From NCBI GenBank assembly GCA_963794325.1, contig CAWCDG010000004.1, positions 832,001 to 896,000 of the forward strand: a DNA stretch of 64,000 bases, given 5' to 3'. Within the stretch, counting starts at the first letter, position 1. Each line of letters starts with the position of its first letter. Below are positions 19,203 to 27,986 of this stretch, piece after piece. The notes under the pieces are model-generated. The model saw only the letters and a list, made by a program, of their open reading frames with translations. It did not search any database and was not told where the DNA came from. This DNA is from an uncultured delta proteobacterium (GTDB taxonomy: Bacteria > Desulfobacterota > Binatia > Binatales > Binataceae). The translations under genes and the position numbers were made by a program.

Positions 19203-20705
19203 CTACATCCTGTCGTCGAGAACAGCGACCGTGCTGAGCCCGGTGTCTTTGAAAATCGAAGCCGTCGAGCAAATCCTCGGATCGAATTCTTCGGACCAGT
19301 ACGCCGCGGCGCACCCGAGGATCAGCGCGAACAGCAGTCCCGCAATCAGGTTCAGCATGATTCGCGGAGAGACCGGCTCGATCGGCATGGTCGGCGCCTG
19401 CACGACGCTGACATTGAGAATCCGGCTCTGGTTGAGCGCCTCGGCTGCGCGCGCTTCTTCACCCTTGCGCACGTAAGAGAGGTAAGCTTCCTTGTCGCTT
19501 TCGACCTGCCGCTCGAGCCGCTCGATCGTAACGCCGTCAGTGGTCATCAGTTTGAGCTGATCGCGAAGCGATGCGACTTGAGCCGCTTGTGTAGTCTGGG
19601 CGGCCTTGAACGATGCTGCCTCCGCCCGCGCCTTGGCCAACTCGCCATCGAGTGCCTGCCAGGTCGGATTCACGTCGGTGGTGGTCTCCTGCACGTTGCT
19701 CTGTTTCTCGCGCGCCAGGATGTCGTGGCCAGCCTTCAGCTTGGCGTCGATCTCGCGGATTCGCTGACTGCCCGGCTGGTAGCGGCTGAGCAGCTCCGCG
19801 CGATTGGTCTCGAGGGTGAGCATCTGCGGCTTCAACTGCTGCAGCGCAAAATTCTGGACCGTTTTCGATTCCCTGGTCTGTTCCTGCGGCGTCGCTTTCA
19901 GCTCGGCTTCCTCGCTGGCGATTTGCTGCGTCTTGGAATCGAGCATCACGGTGGTCGAGCGATAGTTCGCCTCGGCCGCGTACAGTTGAGTTATCTGCGC
20001 CTGTTGCTGCTGGCTGAATTGCGAGATTCCAGTTTGCAATTCGGTGCCGCGAAGCTCTTTTTCCGATTGCTGCAGTCGTTGGTCGAGCAAATCTCGCTGC
20101 TGCTGAAAAAACGCCTGCGCCTGCGGGTTCTGCGACAGCCGCCCATGCAGCGCCAGGTATTGGGTCATCAACTCAGCCAGGAATGCCTGCGCCCAAACTG
20201 CGTCATGCGATCGAATCGAGACCTCAATGATGTTCGAGCGCTTGATGACCGTCGCGCTCAAGTGATTCGAAATTTTCTGAATCTCTTCCTGGTTCGAACT
20301 CGCGCGCGGACCCCCGTGCATCGCCAGGTACGCGTCGCCCGGCAGACTGATGACTGAGGCGACAAGGTCTCGCACGCCGCCGCTGCGGGCACTCGTTTTC
20401 ATGCCGGCCAGCGCCTGCTGGATCAGGATTGGACTGGTCAGCAACTCAACTTCGGAATTGAGATCCTGTTCGCCGACCGGAACCGTTTGGGTCGCTTGGT
20501 TGGCCGCGTCTTCCTTCAGCCCCGGCGAAACCAGCAGTTGCGCCCGATTGGATTGAACCAGGATTTCGGAAACCGAGTCGTAGCTCGGCGCCCATAACAG
20601 TGAGCCGATCGCGATCACGCCGAATACAATCAACCCGACTCGGAGCGCCAGCGTCTTGCGCCGGAATATCTGCTCTACCCAATTCATCAAAGTTTCGTTG
20701 TTCAT
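19203..20705 (-). CDS. Wzz/GumC polysaccharide co-polymerase (no fused kinase domain)
   Basis: N- and C-terminal TM helices, NSEVELLTS, long coiled coil, P..PVSPR motif. Confidence 0.9.
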   Translation of the reverse strand: MNNETLMNWVEQIFRRKTLALRVGLIVFGVIAIGSLLWAPSYDSVSEILVQSNRAQLLVSPGLKEDAANQATQTVPVGEQDLNSEVELLTSPILIQQALAGMKTSARSGGVRDLVASVISLPGDAYLAMHGGPRASSNQEEIQKISNHLSATVIKRSNIIEVSIRSHDAVWAQAFLAELMTQYLALHGRLSQNPQAQAFFQQQRDLLDQRLQQSEKELRGTELQTGISQFSQQQQAQITQLYAAEANYRSTTVMLDSKTQQIASEEAELKATPQEQTRESKTVQNFALQQLKPQMLTLETNRAELLSRYQPGSQRIREIDAKLKAGHDILAREKQSNVQETTTDVNPTWQALDGELAKARAEAASFKAAQTTQAAQVASLRDQLKLMTTDGVTIERLERQVESDKEAYLSYVRKGEEARAAEALNQSRILNVSVVQAPTMPIEPVSPRIMLNLIAGLLFALILGCAAAYWSEEFDPRICSTASIFKDTGLSTVAVLDDRM

Positions 20706-20723
20706 CTGATTAACCCTCGAGGC

Positions 20724-21452
20724 CTAAAGAAATCCCGGCGCGATAACCGTTTCGAGCGGCATCGCGTCGCGCACGTACTGCTTGATGTTGAGATCGAACT
20801 GCGCGATTCCGCTGCGCGGAACGATCAGCAGGTCCGCCGGCATCAGCGCCACGTCTTCTTCGTTGTTCTTCTGGTTCAGTACCTTGTCGAGTTGCAGCTT
20901 CTCGCCGTGCGGGTTCCCGCACGCGTCACGCCTGATGAGCACCACCTTGCTGGCGCCGGCCGCGTCAGTCAGTCCGCCCGACGCCGCGATCGCCTGGATT
21001 GCGGTCATCCCGGGTTGCAGCGGCACCGCGCCCGGCTTGGCCACTTGACCCTCGACGTACACCACCTGCCACGGGCTCTTGTCGATTCGGACCGTGCTCT
21101 TCGGATCCCGAAGTTCCAGCGCATAGAGCTGGTCGAGAGATTTTTCGAGCTGCTCCGGCGTGAGTCCCTGCGCGTGAACATTGCCGGCCACCGGTATCGA
21201 GATGTCGCCGTCGAGCCGGACGGTAAGATTCTGATGAAGTTCCGGACTCAGGTAGAAACTGACGTCGAGCTGATCGCCCGGCTGGATCCGATACGCGCGC
21301 GGCTCGTCGATTGCCGCCGTAACGTCGCACGCCGGAGACGCCGCCACGGCGGACGCACCTCTGATGTCGGACTCCTCCGGATTCTTCGTCGCGCATCCCA
21401 TCCAAAGCGACGCGCAGCACAACAGGGCGAGTACCGATAATTTTGTTTTCAT
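20724..21452 (-). CDS. wza: Polysaccharide export lipoprotein (Poly_export + SLBB)
   Basis: Lipobox-like LWMGC; YRIQPGDQLDVSF, VRLDGDISIP, VYVEGQVAKPG, AIAASGG. Confidence 0.9.
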   Translation of the reverse strand: MKTKLSVLALLCCASLWMGCATKNPEESDIRGASAVAASPACDVTAAIDEPRAYRIQPGDQLDVSFYLSPELHQNLTVRLDGDISIPVAGNVHAQGLTPEQLEKSLDQLYALELRDPKSTVRIDKSPWQVVYVEGQVAKPGAVPLQPGMTAIQAIAASGGLTDAAGASKVVLIRRDACGNPHGEKLQLDKVLNQKNNEEDVALMPADLLIVPRSGIAQFDLNIKQYVRDAMPLETVIAPGFL

Positions 21453-21829
21453 ACTTTTTGCCACCAGCGTTACGTGAGTACGCGATCCGACGTGTTAATC
21501 ATCTGAGATTCGCGCTGTGTGAGAAGATGACAGAAAAGGATGGAAGAAGCAAGTCAAGATAAATTCAAATAGGTAAACATAATTCAATTTAGAAAACTAA
21601 GTGATTTATTTTAACTTTATAGGCTTGTATTAGCTTTCACAGCATGCTAGTGGTTAGCGAAACAAGCAATACATGTTCAGCCACAACTGATGAGAACAAC
21701 AACTTACAAAGGGAAATACGATGAATTCGAGAGATCCAATGACCCACAGCGCGAGGCTATCCTGATGAGACCCTCGCGAGCTTGCCCGCAGATCCGGATC
21801 AAATGGAGCTGTTAGCCAAAGGCCAGCAC

Positions 21830-22066
21830 ATGGCGGAACGGATGCTCACTTTGCGTGAGGTCTCCGACTATTTGAATGTGAATCCAGCCACCGTTCGCCG
21901 GCTGGTGAGGTCAGGCCAGTTGCGCGCTATCAGGGTCGGGCGGGATCTGCGCTTCGAAGTGCGCGTCGTCGATCAATGGGTGGCGGGCGGCGGCACCCTT
22001 CCTGGACAATCGGAGCCAACAGTCAGAATCGATTTGAACGACCGGCGCAAATCGAGCCAGCCTTAA
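21830..22066 (+). CDS. HTH_17 excisionase/BldC-like DNA-binding protein
   Basis: MLTLREVSDYLNVNPATVRRLVRSGQLRAIRVGRDLRF; start could be further upstream (21782/21803). Confidence 0.85.
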   Translation: MAERMLTLREVSDYLNVNPATVRRLVRSGQLRAIRVGRDLRFEVRVVDQWVAGGGTLPGQSEPTVRIDLNDRRKSSQP

Positions 22067-22071
22067 CTGGA

Positions 22072-22281
22072 CTAGGCGGACGTTGGTCTTCTGGCTCTTT
22101 GCAGAAAGGCTTCGACGTCGCCGCGTCGAAAGCGCTTGATTCGACCTATCGCATGACACGTAAGCTCGCCTCGTCTAACCATCCGGTAGATGGTCATCGG
22201 GGTCAGTTGCAGCAATTCAGCGAGTTGCCCCACAGTATAGAATTCAGGCGGGTCGTCTTTTCTCAATCGCGATCGTGGCAT
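22072..22281 (-). CDS. HTH_17 excisionase/BldC-like DNA-binding protein (paralog 1)
   Basis: FYTVGQLAELLQLTPMTIYRMVRRGELTCHAIGRIKRFRRGDV; purine-rich RBS. Confidence 0.85.
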   Translation of the reverse strand: MPRSRLRKDDPPEFYTVGQLAELLQLTPMTIYRMVRRGELTCHAIGRIKRFRRGDVEAFLQRARRPTSA

Positions 22282-22592
22282 CTTTTCCCTCTTCCCTTCC
22301 TCACAGCCTCATTAACATCCACGGCCATCCTTAAGTAATACATCACCTTTGTCAAGCTTTACTTATGCTAAACATCAGTATTCTATTGACCCAATGCTTG
22401 TGCGCGACTGTCATATACTGCATTTTACAAGACTTCATTGGATTTGTAGAAATGAACGCAATTTACTCTACTTAGGTTATTCGAAGCACCGCATATCTCT
22501 TATTTTCTTTTAATCATTGATTTTTATTTGATTTAACTTTCTTATCCCGATACTCCTTACATTGTTCAGTCAAATCCCCGGGAGGGACTCCC

Positions 22593-22934
22593 ATGATGAT
22601 GAGAAAGTTTCAATATCTAGACAGAGCACCCGCACTGCGCCCAGTCGCCGCCCAAGCTTCGTGCTGCACCCCCAATTCACCATGCCTCAAATGCTCGATG
22701 ATTCGGTTGACCAGCCACCGCTTCGCGATGTTCTCCAAACAGTTCGGCCGCTTGCCCGAGCAGAACGACGAGTTGTTTTTCGATAAGACGCTGTCTCATC
22801 CGGTTCGCGCCACCCGTGACGAAATAAGGACCCAGGTTCTTGAAGCGTCAGAGGTTCACGGCCTCAACTGCTTCTCGCTGCTCAGCTTCCTCGGCCTGAG
22901 CACACCTTCGACCCTCGACGAGCAGGCGCTGTAA
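22593..22934 (+). CDS. Hypothetical protein with CCx4CxxC-type Cys cluster
   Basis: GGAGGG RBS before ATG; SCCTPNSPCLKC and FSKQFGRLPEQNDELFFD segments. Confidence 0.55.
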   Translation: MMMRKFQYLDRAPALRPVAAQASCCTPNSPCLKCSMIRLTSHRFAMFSKQFGRLPEQNDELFFDKTLSHPVRATRDEIRTQVLEASEVHGLNCFSLLSFLGLSTPSTLDEQAL

Positions 22935-23104
22935 GACCGGAAGTCCTCGGCCCCACAGGGAATCAGCGGATAGAAATGTCTATGGGAATGGCGTCGTCGA
23001 GGTAAAACTCGACGGCGCTGGGCCAAATCGTGGGCCGCCACTCTCCTGGAATCTCCGAGAGCCTGATTCTAAATCACGACCGGCACAATGGTCCGGCTCG
23101 TTCG

Positions 23105-23323
23105 CTATTGTCGGGCTTCGCCCGCAGGCTGCCTCGAATTCTCGAGGAATGTCTCGACGTCATCGCGTCGGAACCGCTTGATCCGCCCGATCGCGTGGCA
23201 AGCCAACTCGCCCCGTCTGACCATGCGGTAGATCGTCATAGGCGTCAGTTGGAGCAAATCAGCCAGCTGGCCGACGGTATAAAACTCAGGCTGGTCGTCG
23301 TTTCTCGGTCGTGTTCCTTGCAT
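23105..23323 (-). CDS. HTH_17 excisionase/BldC-like DNA-binding protein (paralog 2)
   Basis: Core nearly identical to 22072-22281 (PEFYTVGQLADLLQLTPMTIYRMVRRGELACHAIGRIKRFRR). Confidence 0.85.
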   Translation of the reverse strand: MQGTRPRNDDQPEFYTVGQLADLLQLTPMTIYRMVRRGELACHAIGRIKRFRRDDVETFLENSRQPAGEARQ

Positions 23324-23372
23324 CTGCCTTCCTTCTGTTGAACCCCTTTCGAAATTTCAGACGACATGACTA

Positions 23373-23397
23373 TTGACTAAAACAGGGAATTAGTCAA
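23373..23397. promoter_or_regulatory. Inverted repeat TTGACTAA-N9-TTAGTCAA, candidate operator
   Basis: Perfect 8-bp arms, 50 bp upstream of the HTH paralog 2 start. Confidence 0.45.
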
Positions 23398-23430
23398 GCC
23401 TCGAATGATCTTATTATCTACATCTTAGTA

Positions 23431-23445
23431 GGGAAACCGTTTCCC
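23431..23445. promoter_or_regulatory. Palindrome GGGAAAC-C-GTTTCCC, LacI-family-like operator
   Basis: 7-1-7 palindrome containing a GNAANCGNTTNC match. Confidence 0.35.
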
Positions 23446-23755
23446 ATTATTCGTGTACTGTCTTAATGACTTAATTTAACCACGCCTCTGCCGGTTCTCT
23501 ACAGAACAAAAATGAGACCATGCGCGTCAGGCTAGCTAACTTGCCCCGCTCCGGCGGACGCCCATCGGGTGGAGAAGCCTGAGATGCATCCGGCTTCATA
23601 CCTGGTGCCTTTTGCGCTGATTGAGCGAAGCTGCCAGGAAAATGGTTTTGGCGGCCGCGCACGGTGTTCACCTGGTCAATCGAGCATTGCGGTCGCTATT
23701 CGGAATTCTGCGAGTGATGCCGCGACTCAAGCAATCGCTGGAATTTCACGTAGCC

Positions 23756-24688
23756 TCAACGAGCCAGAAAGTCTTCCATCGCCTTTACGGTTTGAGCCGG
23801 GCTCTCCTCCTGCGGCACGTGGCCGAGCTGACTGAAGACGACCAGCTGGCTGTTGACGATGTCGTGGTGGAAACGCTCCGCATCGGATGCGGGCACGACG
23901 TGATCAAGCCCGCCCCACAGGATCAGGGTTGGGATTGCGATCGTCCTGATGCGGTCCGAGTCGGTATCGGGCTCTTGCTCGAACTGGAGAATAAACGCCC
24001 GCCGGTTTCCGGCGCGTAGGAACAACTCGTAATAGCGATCAACCAGATCCGAAGTCAGCTTGCGCGGATCGCCGTACGCCTCGATGAGGTTCTTCTTGAT
24101 GAAGCTTCGTGGCGTGACGTGCTCGATCAACCAACGGAAGACCGGAATCTTCGCCATCCGAAAGACGATAGGAGGCGATTCTCCCTCGCCGGGGTAGCCG
24201 GTCGAGTCGATCAAGACCAGACGGTAGACGAGGTCGGGCCTGGCGGCTGCGGTTTCCCAGGCGATGCTGCCACCCAGTGAATTGCCAACAAGGATGGCGT
24301 GTTTGATGCTGAGCTGATTGAGGAGGTCTTCCATGAAGCGCGTGTAGTGTTCGATCCGGTAATCGTCGTCGCGGAACTGCCCGCTAAGACCGGCGCCCGG
24401 CAAATCCAGACTGACGACACGATGCTGGCTCTTCAGCGCGGCAACCCATCCCTCCCAAGTGTGAAGGCTGGATGCCGTGCCATGGATGAGGACGATGGGA
24501 TGCGGGTCGTTGCCCGGTCCTTGATCGCGCAGATGTACCGATACTCCGTCAATCGTCACGAATTTGGAGGGTGCCGGCGCCCAGCGAGCCCGGAGGGAAT
24601 CAGCCGATCGATCTGGCGTCCATTCCACGCCAACCAGTCCTGCGACGAAGGCGAAAGCAACCGCGAGTATAATTATTGCTCTCTTCAT
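23756..24688 (-). CDS. Alpha/beta fold hydrolase, N-terminally anchored
   Basis: LIHG, DLPGAG, GNSLGG nucleophile elbow, WGGLD, GHVPQEE. Confidence 0.92.
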   Translation of the reverse strand: MKRAIIILAVAFAFVAGLVGVEWTPDRSADSLRARWAPAPSKFVTIDGVSVHLRDQGPGNDPHPIVLIHGTASSLHTWEGWVAALKSQHRVVSLDLPGAGLSGQFRDDDYRIEHYTRFMEDLLNQLSIKHAILVGNSLGGSIAWETAAARPDLVYRLVLIDSTGYPGEGESPPIVFRMAKIPVFRWLIEHVTPRSFIKKNLIEAYGDPRKLTSDLVDRYYELFLRAGNRRAFILQFEQEPDTDSDRIRTIAIPTLILWGGLDHVVPASDAERFHHDIVNSQLVVFSQLGHVPQEESPAQTVKAMEDFLAR

Positions 24689-24838
24689 TCATGTCCTCTT
24701 TATCGGTGCGCCATTGCGGACCTGTCTTTTTCACACCGCGTCGGAGCGCAATTGCCGCGGCCCGGGCGCTTGCGTTCGGCTCATAGAAGAATATAAGCTA
24801 TTGCTCACAATTTAAACTCGCATTCTGGACGGATGCAT

Positions 24839-25474
24839 ATGGCGCGAAAACCGCAAACGAACCCAAGAAAATCAGCCTCTCAGGAGCGATCACGTTCAAC
24901 TGTCGATGCGCTTTTGGAAGCGACTGCTCGTATTTTGGTGAAAGAAGGCTACGACCGAGCGAGCACTAACAGGATTGCCGAAGTGGCGGGGGTCAGTATC
25001 GGTTCGTTGTACCAGTACTTCCCGAGCAAGGAGGCGCTGGTAGCGGCTGTTATTGACCGCCATACACAAGAAGTTTCGGCGGTTACCCGCAACGCCCTGG
25101 TCAAGATGGCAGCGCGTCCAATCGAGGTCGCGGCGCGCGAATTTGTTTCGGTTGCAATCGACGCGCACCGCGTCAATCCCAAGCTTCATGGCGTCCTTGC
25201 CGAACAGATCCCACGTGTCGGGCGGCTCGAAAATCTCGAGGCTAATGTCCGGGAGGGTTATGCACTGGTCCGGGGCTACCTCGAGGCACATCGCGATGAG
25301 ATCGACGTCGCCGACCTCGATCTCGCGGCCTTCGTCTTAGTGACGATAGTGGAGGCGCTGACACACGCCGCAGTCCTGCGTCGCCCGGACATCCTCGCCG
25401 ATGGGAAAGCACGATACTTTGTGGACGACGTAACGCGCCTGGTGGTCCGGTACCTGCGCACGTCGCGCCCTTGA
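24839..25474 (+). CDS. TetR/AcrR family regulator
   Basis: ASTNRIAEVAGVSIGSLYQYFPSKEAL HTH; divergent from the hydrolase. Confidence 0.95.
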   Translation: MARKPQTNPRKSASQERSRSTVDALLEATARILVKEGYDRASTNRIAEVAGVSIGSLYQYFPSKEALVAAVIDRHTQEVSAVTRNALVKMAARPIEVAAREFVSVAIDAHRVNPKLHGVLAEQIPRVGRLENLEANVREGYALVRGYLEAHRDEIDVADLDLAAFVLVTIVEALTHAAVLRRPDILADGKARYFVDDVTRLVVRYLRTSRP

Positions 25475-25543
25475 CAGCATTCGAATTCGGCGGTCCAATA
25501 GAAATTGGGACGGTAGAATGTTTCGCGTTGCGCGGGGAAATGC

Positions 25544-25897
25544 ATGCGCACGGAAAAAAATAATATTCGGCGCTCCCTTTGCCTGACGCTAGCCGCACTA
25601 TTCTGTGCGGTGTCGGTTTCGCAATCTACCAGGCCATTTGCCGCGCTTGCCCTATCGAGTACGCATAGCATCGTGATTCACTATCAGAAGCTTGCGCGAT
25701 ACGCCGTCGAGGAAGTCGGCAGCGAGCCAATCGAACCCAGCATCAGCAGCTTCATGACGGTCTCACTCGTGGTAGCTGAGCCCGAACCAAAATTTGCGGC
25801 CACCAGCAAGATCAATGAGGCCGACGTCACCGAGTGGCCCTACAAATGCCTCTTTCACCGGCGAACGCTCCCGCCGTCACCTGACGACGGCATCTAG
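25544..25897 (+). CDS. Small signal-bearing ORF, candidate regulatory leader peptide for the DUF1329 gene
   Basis: ATG after GGGGA; basic N-terminus plus hydrophobic helix; C-terminus PYKCLFHRRTLPPSPDDGI resembles that of 34094-34444. Confidence 0.55.
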   Translation: MRTEKNNIRRSLCLTLAALFCAVSVSQSTRPFAALALSSTHSIVIHYQKLARYAVEEVGSEPIEPSISSFMTVSLVVAEPEPKFAATSKINEADVTEWPYKCLFHRRTLPPSPDDGI

Positions 25898-26069
25898 TCT
25901 CCACAATCGAATTCTCAGGATTCGCGCCTAACCAGCGGTCCAGCATCGTCACCGACAGAGTTGTGGCGATGGCTCTTGGGTGCGCGAGTCCCTGTTATTC
26001 GGCAGCGCCACTCACCGCAGGCAATTTAAGCGGTGCTCCGAACCTATAGCTACCTAGAGGAGGTCTTAC

Positions 26070-27404
26070 ATGTTTCCGATGAAGCGAACTAAGTGTCAGC
26101 TATATGCAATCGTCCCGGTGGTCTTTGTTCTGACTTTTCTAACCGCTTCCCTCGCACTGGCTCAGGTTAAGCCCGGCGACGTCATCACGCCGGAAAATGC
26201 TTACAAGGTCAAAAACCTCGTCTCCCCAGGGGTTTTCTACAAAGTCCAGCAGGGGATGCAGATGAAAATCGCGCCCTCCGATCGCGTCAATTGGCCGCCG
26301 CCTTACAAGGACGCAACCGAGAAATATTCTGCGCAGGTCCGGCTCTCGCCAGATGGGCGCACGGTTGAGAACTATGTGGCCGGCCAGCCGTTTCCATTCC
26401 TCGATCCCAATGATCCGAGGGTTGCAACCAAGATCATATGGAACAACGTATTTCGGCCGCTTCAGACCGATGACTACGATCTGCGTTACTTCGCCTGTGA
26501 AAATGTGCGGAGCGGGCGCAATGTCCCATACCGGGTACTCGATGAGATCGATGTAGGTCACTACGCCGGCTACAACGAGATTGGACGGACCGAGGTCGAG
26601 CCAATGCCGATCGATCCAGACTTCAAGAAGACCGGGCGCTACTGGCTGTTCGGGCTCTACCCGATTATGGCGCCGGAAGGTATGCGCGGCGCCGGCTTTC
26701 TGCGCTACCGCTATGCCGATCCGAAAAAGTCCGATGACATATGGTCGTGGAATACCGGCTCGCGGAGGCTGCGCCGTCTGGACGAAGGCATCATGAGCGA
26801 CGCAGTTACCGGGTCGGGGACGCCGAGCGAGGGTGCCGGGAATATCGTGGTGTTCGATCCGGATCACTATTCCGGCTTCAACGCCAAAGTGGAGGAGTAC
26901 AACTATCGCTTCCTGGGTTCGAAGACCATGCTCGGCGTGGTCCACGCGGTCCATTCCCCCGAAATAACCTGCCCGACAGACGGCGGAGGCAGCGCGTGTC
27001 CAGAGAATTGGGAGACGCGCCAAATGTACATCGTGGAAGCTACCCCCAGGCGTCATTCAAACAACTCGCAGGCACTGCAATCGCGGACCGTGCTCTACAT
27101 AGACAGCGAAGTATGGTTCCCGCTTTACGAGGACGCATACGATCAACAGGGTCAGCTGTGGCAGGACCACATCTACTGGCTGACTTATCGTGATCGGCCG
27201 GTGCCTGATGCGCGAGTAGCGATCTATCCATTCAAGCGCTCGTTCGTCGTAGGAGCGGCAGCCACCGATACGCAAACCGGAATGTCGGCGATGTGCTACC
27301 TGCCAAGTCGCAACACTCCGGAAAAGGAATGCTGGTATATCAATATGGGCGCGGTGGACCGTAACTTCTTCGACCCTGACGCGATGGTAAGAGCGGCTCC
27401 GTAA
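26070..27404 (+). CDS. DUF1329 domain-containing exported protein
   Basis: Signal peptide ALA-Q; PGDVITPEN, YVAGQPFP.LDPNDP, D.WSW...RRLRR, YDQQGQLW; strong GAGGAGG RBS. Confidence 0.85.
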   Translation: MFPMKRTKCQLYAIVPVVFVLTFLTASLALAQVKPGDVITPENAYKVKNLVSPGVFYKVQQGMQMKIAPSDRVNWPPPYKDATEKYSAQVRLSPDGRTVENYVAGQPFPFLDPNDPRVATKIIWNNVFRPLQTDDYDLRYFACENVRSGRNVPYRVLDEIDVGHYAGYNEIGRTEVEPMPIDPDFKKTGRYWLFGLYPIMAPEGMRGAGFLRYRYADPKKSDDIWSWNTGSRRLRRLDEGIMSDAVTGSGTPSEGAGNIVVFDPDHYSGFNAKVEEYNYRFLGSKTMLGVVHAVHSPEITCPTDGGGSACPENWETRQMYIVEATPRRHSNNSQALQSRTVLYIDSEVWFPLYEDAYDQQGQLWQDHIYWLTYRDRPVPDARVAIYPFKRSFVVGAAATDTQTGMSAMCYLPSRNTPEKECWYINMGAVDRNFFDPDAMVRAAP

Positions 27405-27428
27405 CCAGTCCTTCCGCGAGCCTGCAAC

Positions 27429-27461
27429 GGGGCTGGCGTGCCACGAGGGCAAGCCAGCCCC
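27429..27461. terminator. GC-rich hairpin between convergent DUF1329 and USP genes
   Basis: GGGGCTGGC...GCCAGCCCC 9-bp outer stem with inner TGCC/GGCA; no strong U tract. Confidence 0.5.
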
Positions 27462-27468
27462 GACGACC

Positions 27469-27919
27469 TCAAACAGACGCCGAGGTTGGATCCGTGTGGT
27501 GTAATACGAGCACCGGACAATGAGCTTCGCGAATGACATGCTCTGTGACACTGCCCAAAACGAAATGCTCGAGTCCGTGGCGCCCGTGGGTAACCATTAC
27601 GATCAAGTCTACTCCTAGCTCGTGAGCCGCCCGCACAATATCAGTATCAGGCACACCTGTTCTGACATCGATAACATTGCCCTTGGTCCTTGAGGGTGTT
27701 CTGGACAATTAATTCGAGCTTGGCTCTGGCTTCTTTCACCCAGCGCGGATCGGCATCAAACGGAAGCGGAACGTCCATATCGTGGGTAGGCACTCTGGCA
27801 ATGTGCAATACGTAGAGCGTTGCGTTGCTTTCCTTTGCCAACGTGCTCGACAAAAGCAATGCGGCCGTTGAATTTCCATCGAACTCGAACGCACACAATA
27901 TCTTGTTGTATTTGAGCAT
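27469..27919 (-). pseudogene. Universal stress protein split by a frameshift near 27675-27690
   Basis: N-half YNKILCAFEF...LYVLHI in one frame; C-half DLIVMVTHGRHGLEHFVLGSVTEHVIREAHCPVLV in another. Confidence 0.75.
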
Positions 27920-27986
27920 TGCTTTCCCTGAGATATGGAGCTTCATTGAATTCAGCTCCGAATCGCCATCTTCAGGCTGTTGCAGC

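Noticed and set aside
21782-23323. Prophage or ICE interpretation of the excisionase-like genes
   Set aside because: No integrase, att repeats, tRNA or phage genes are visible in the window.
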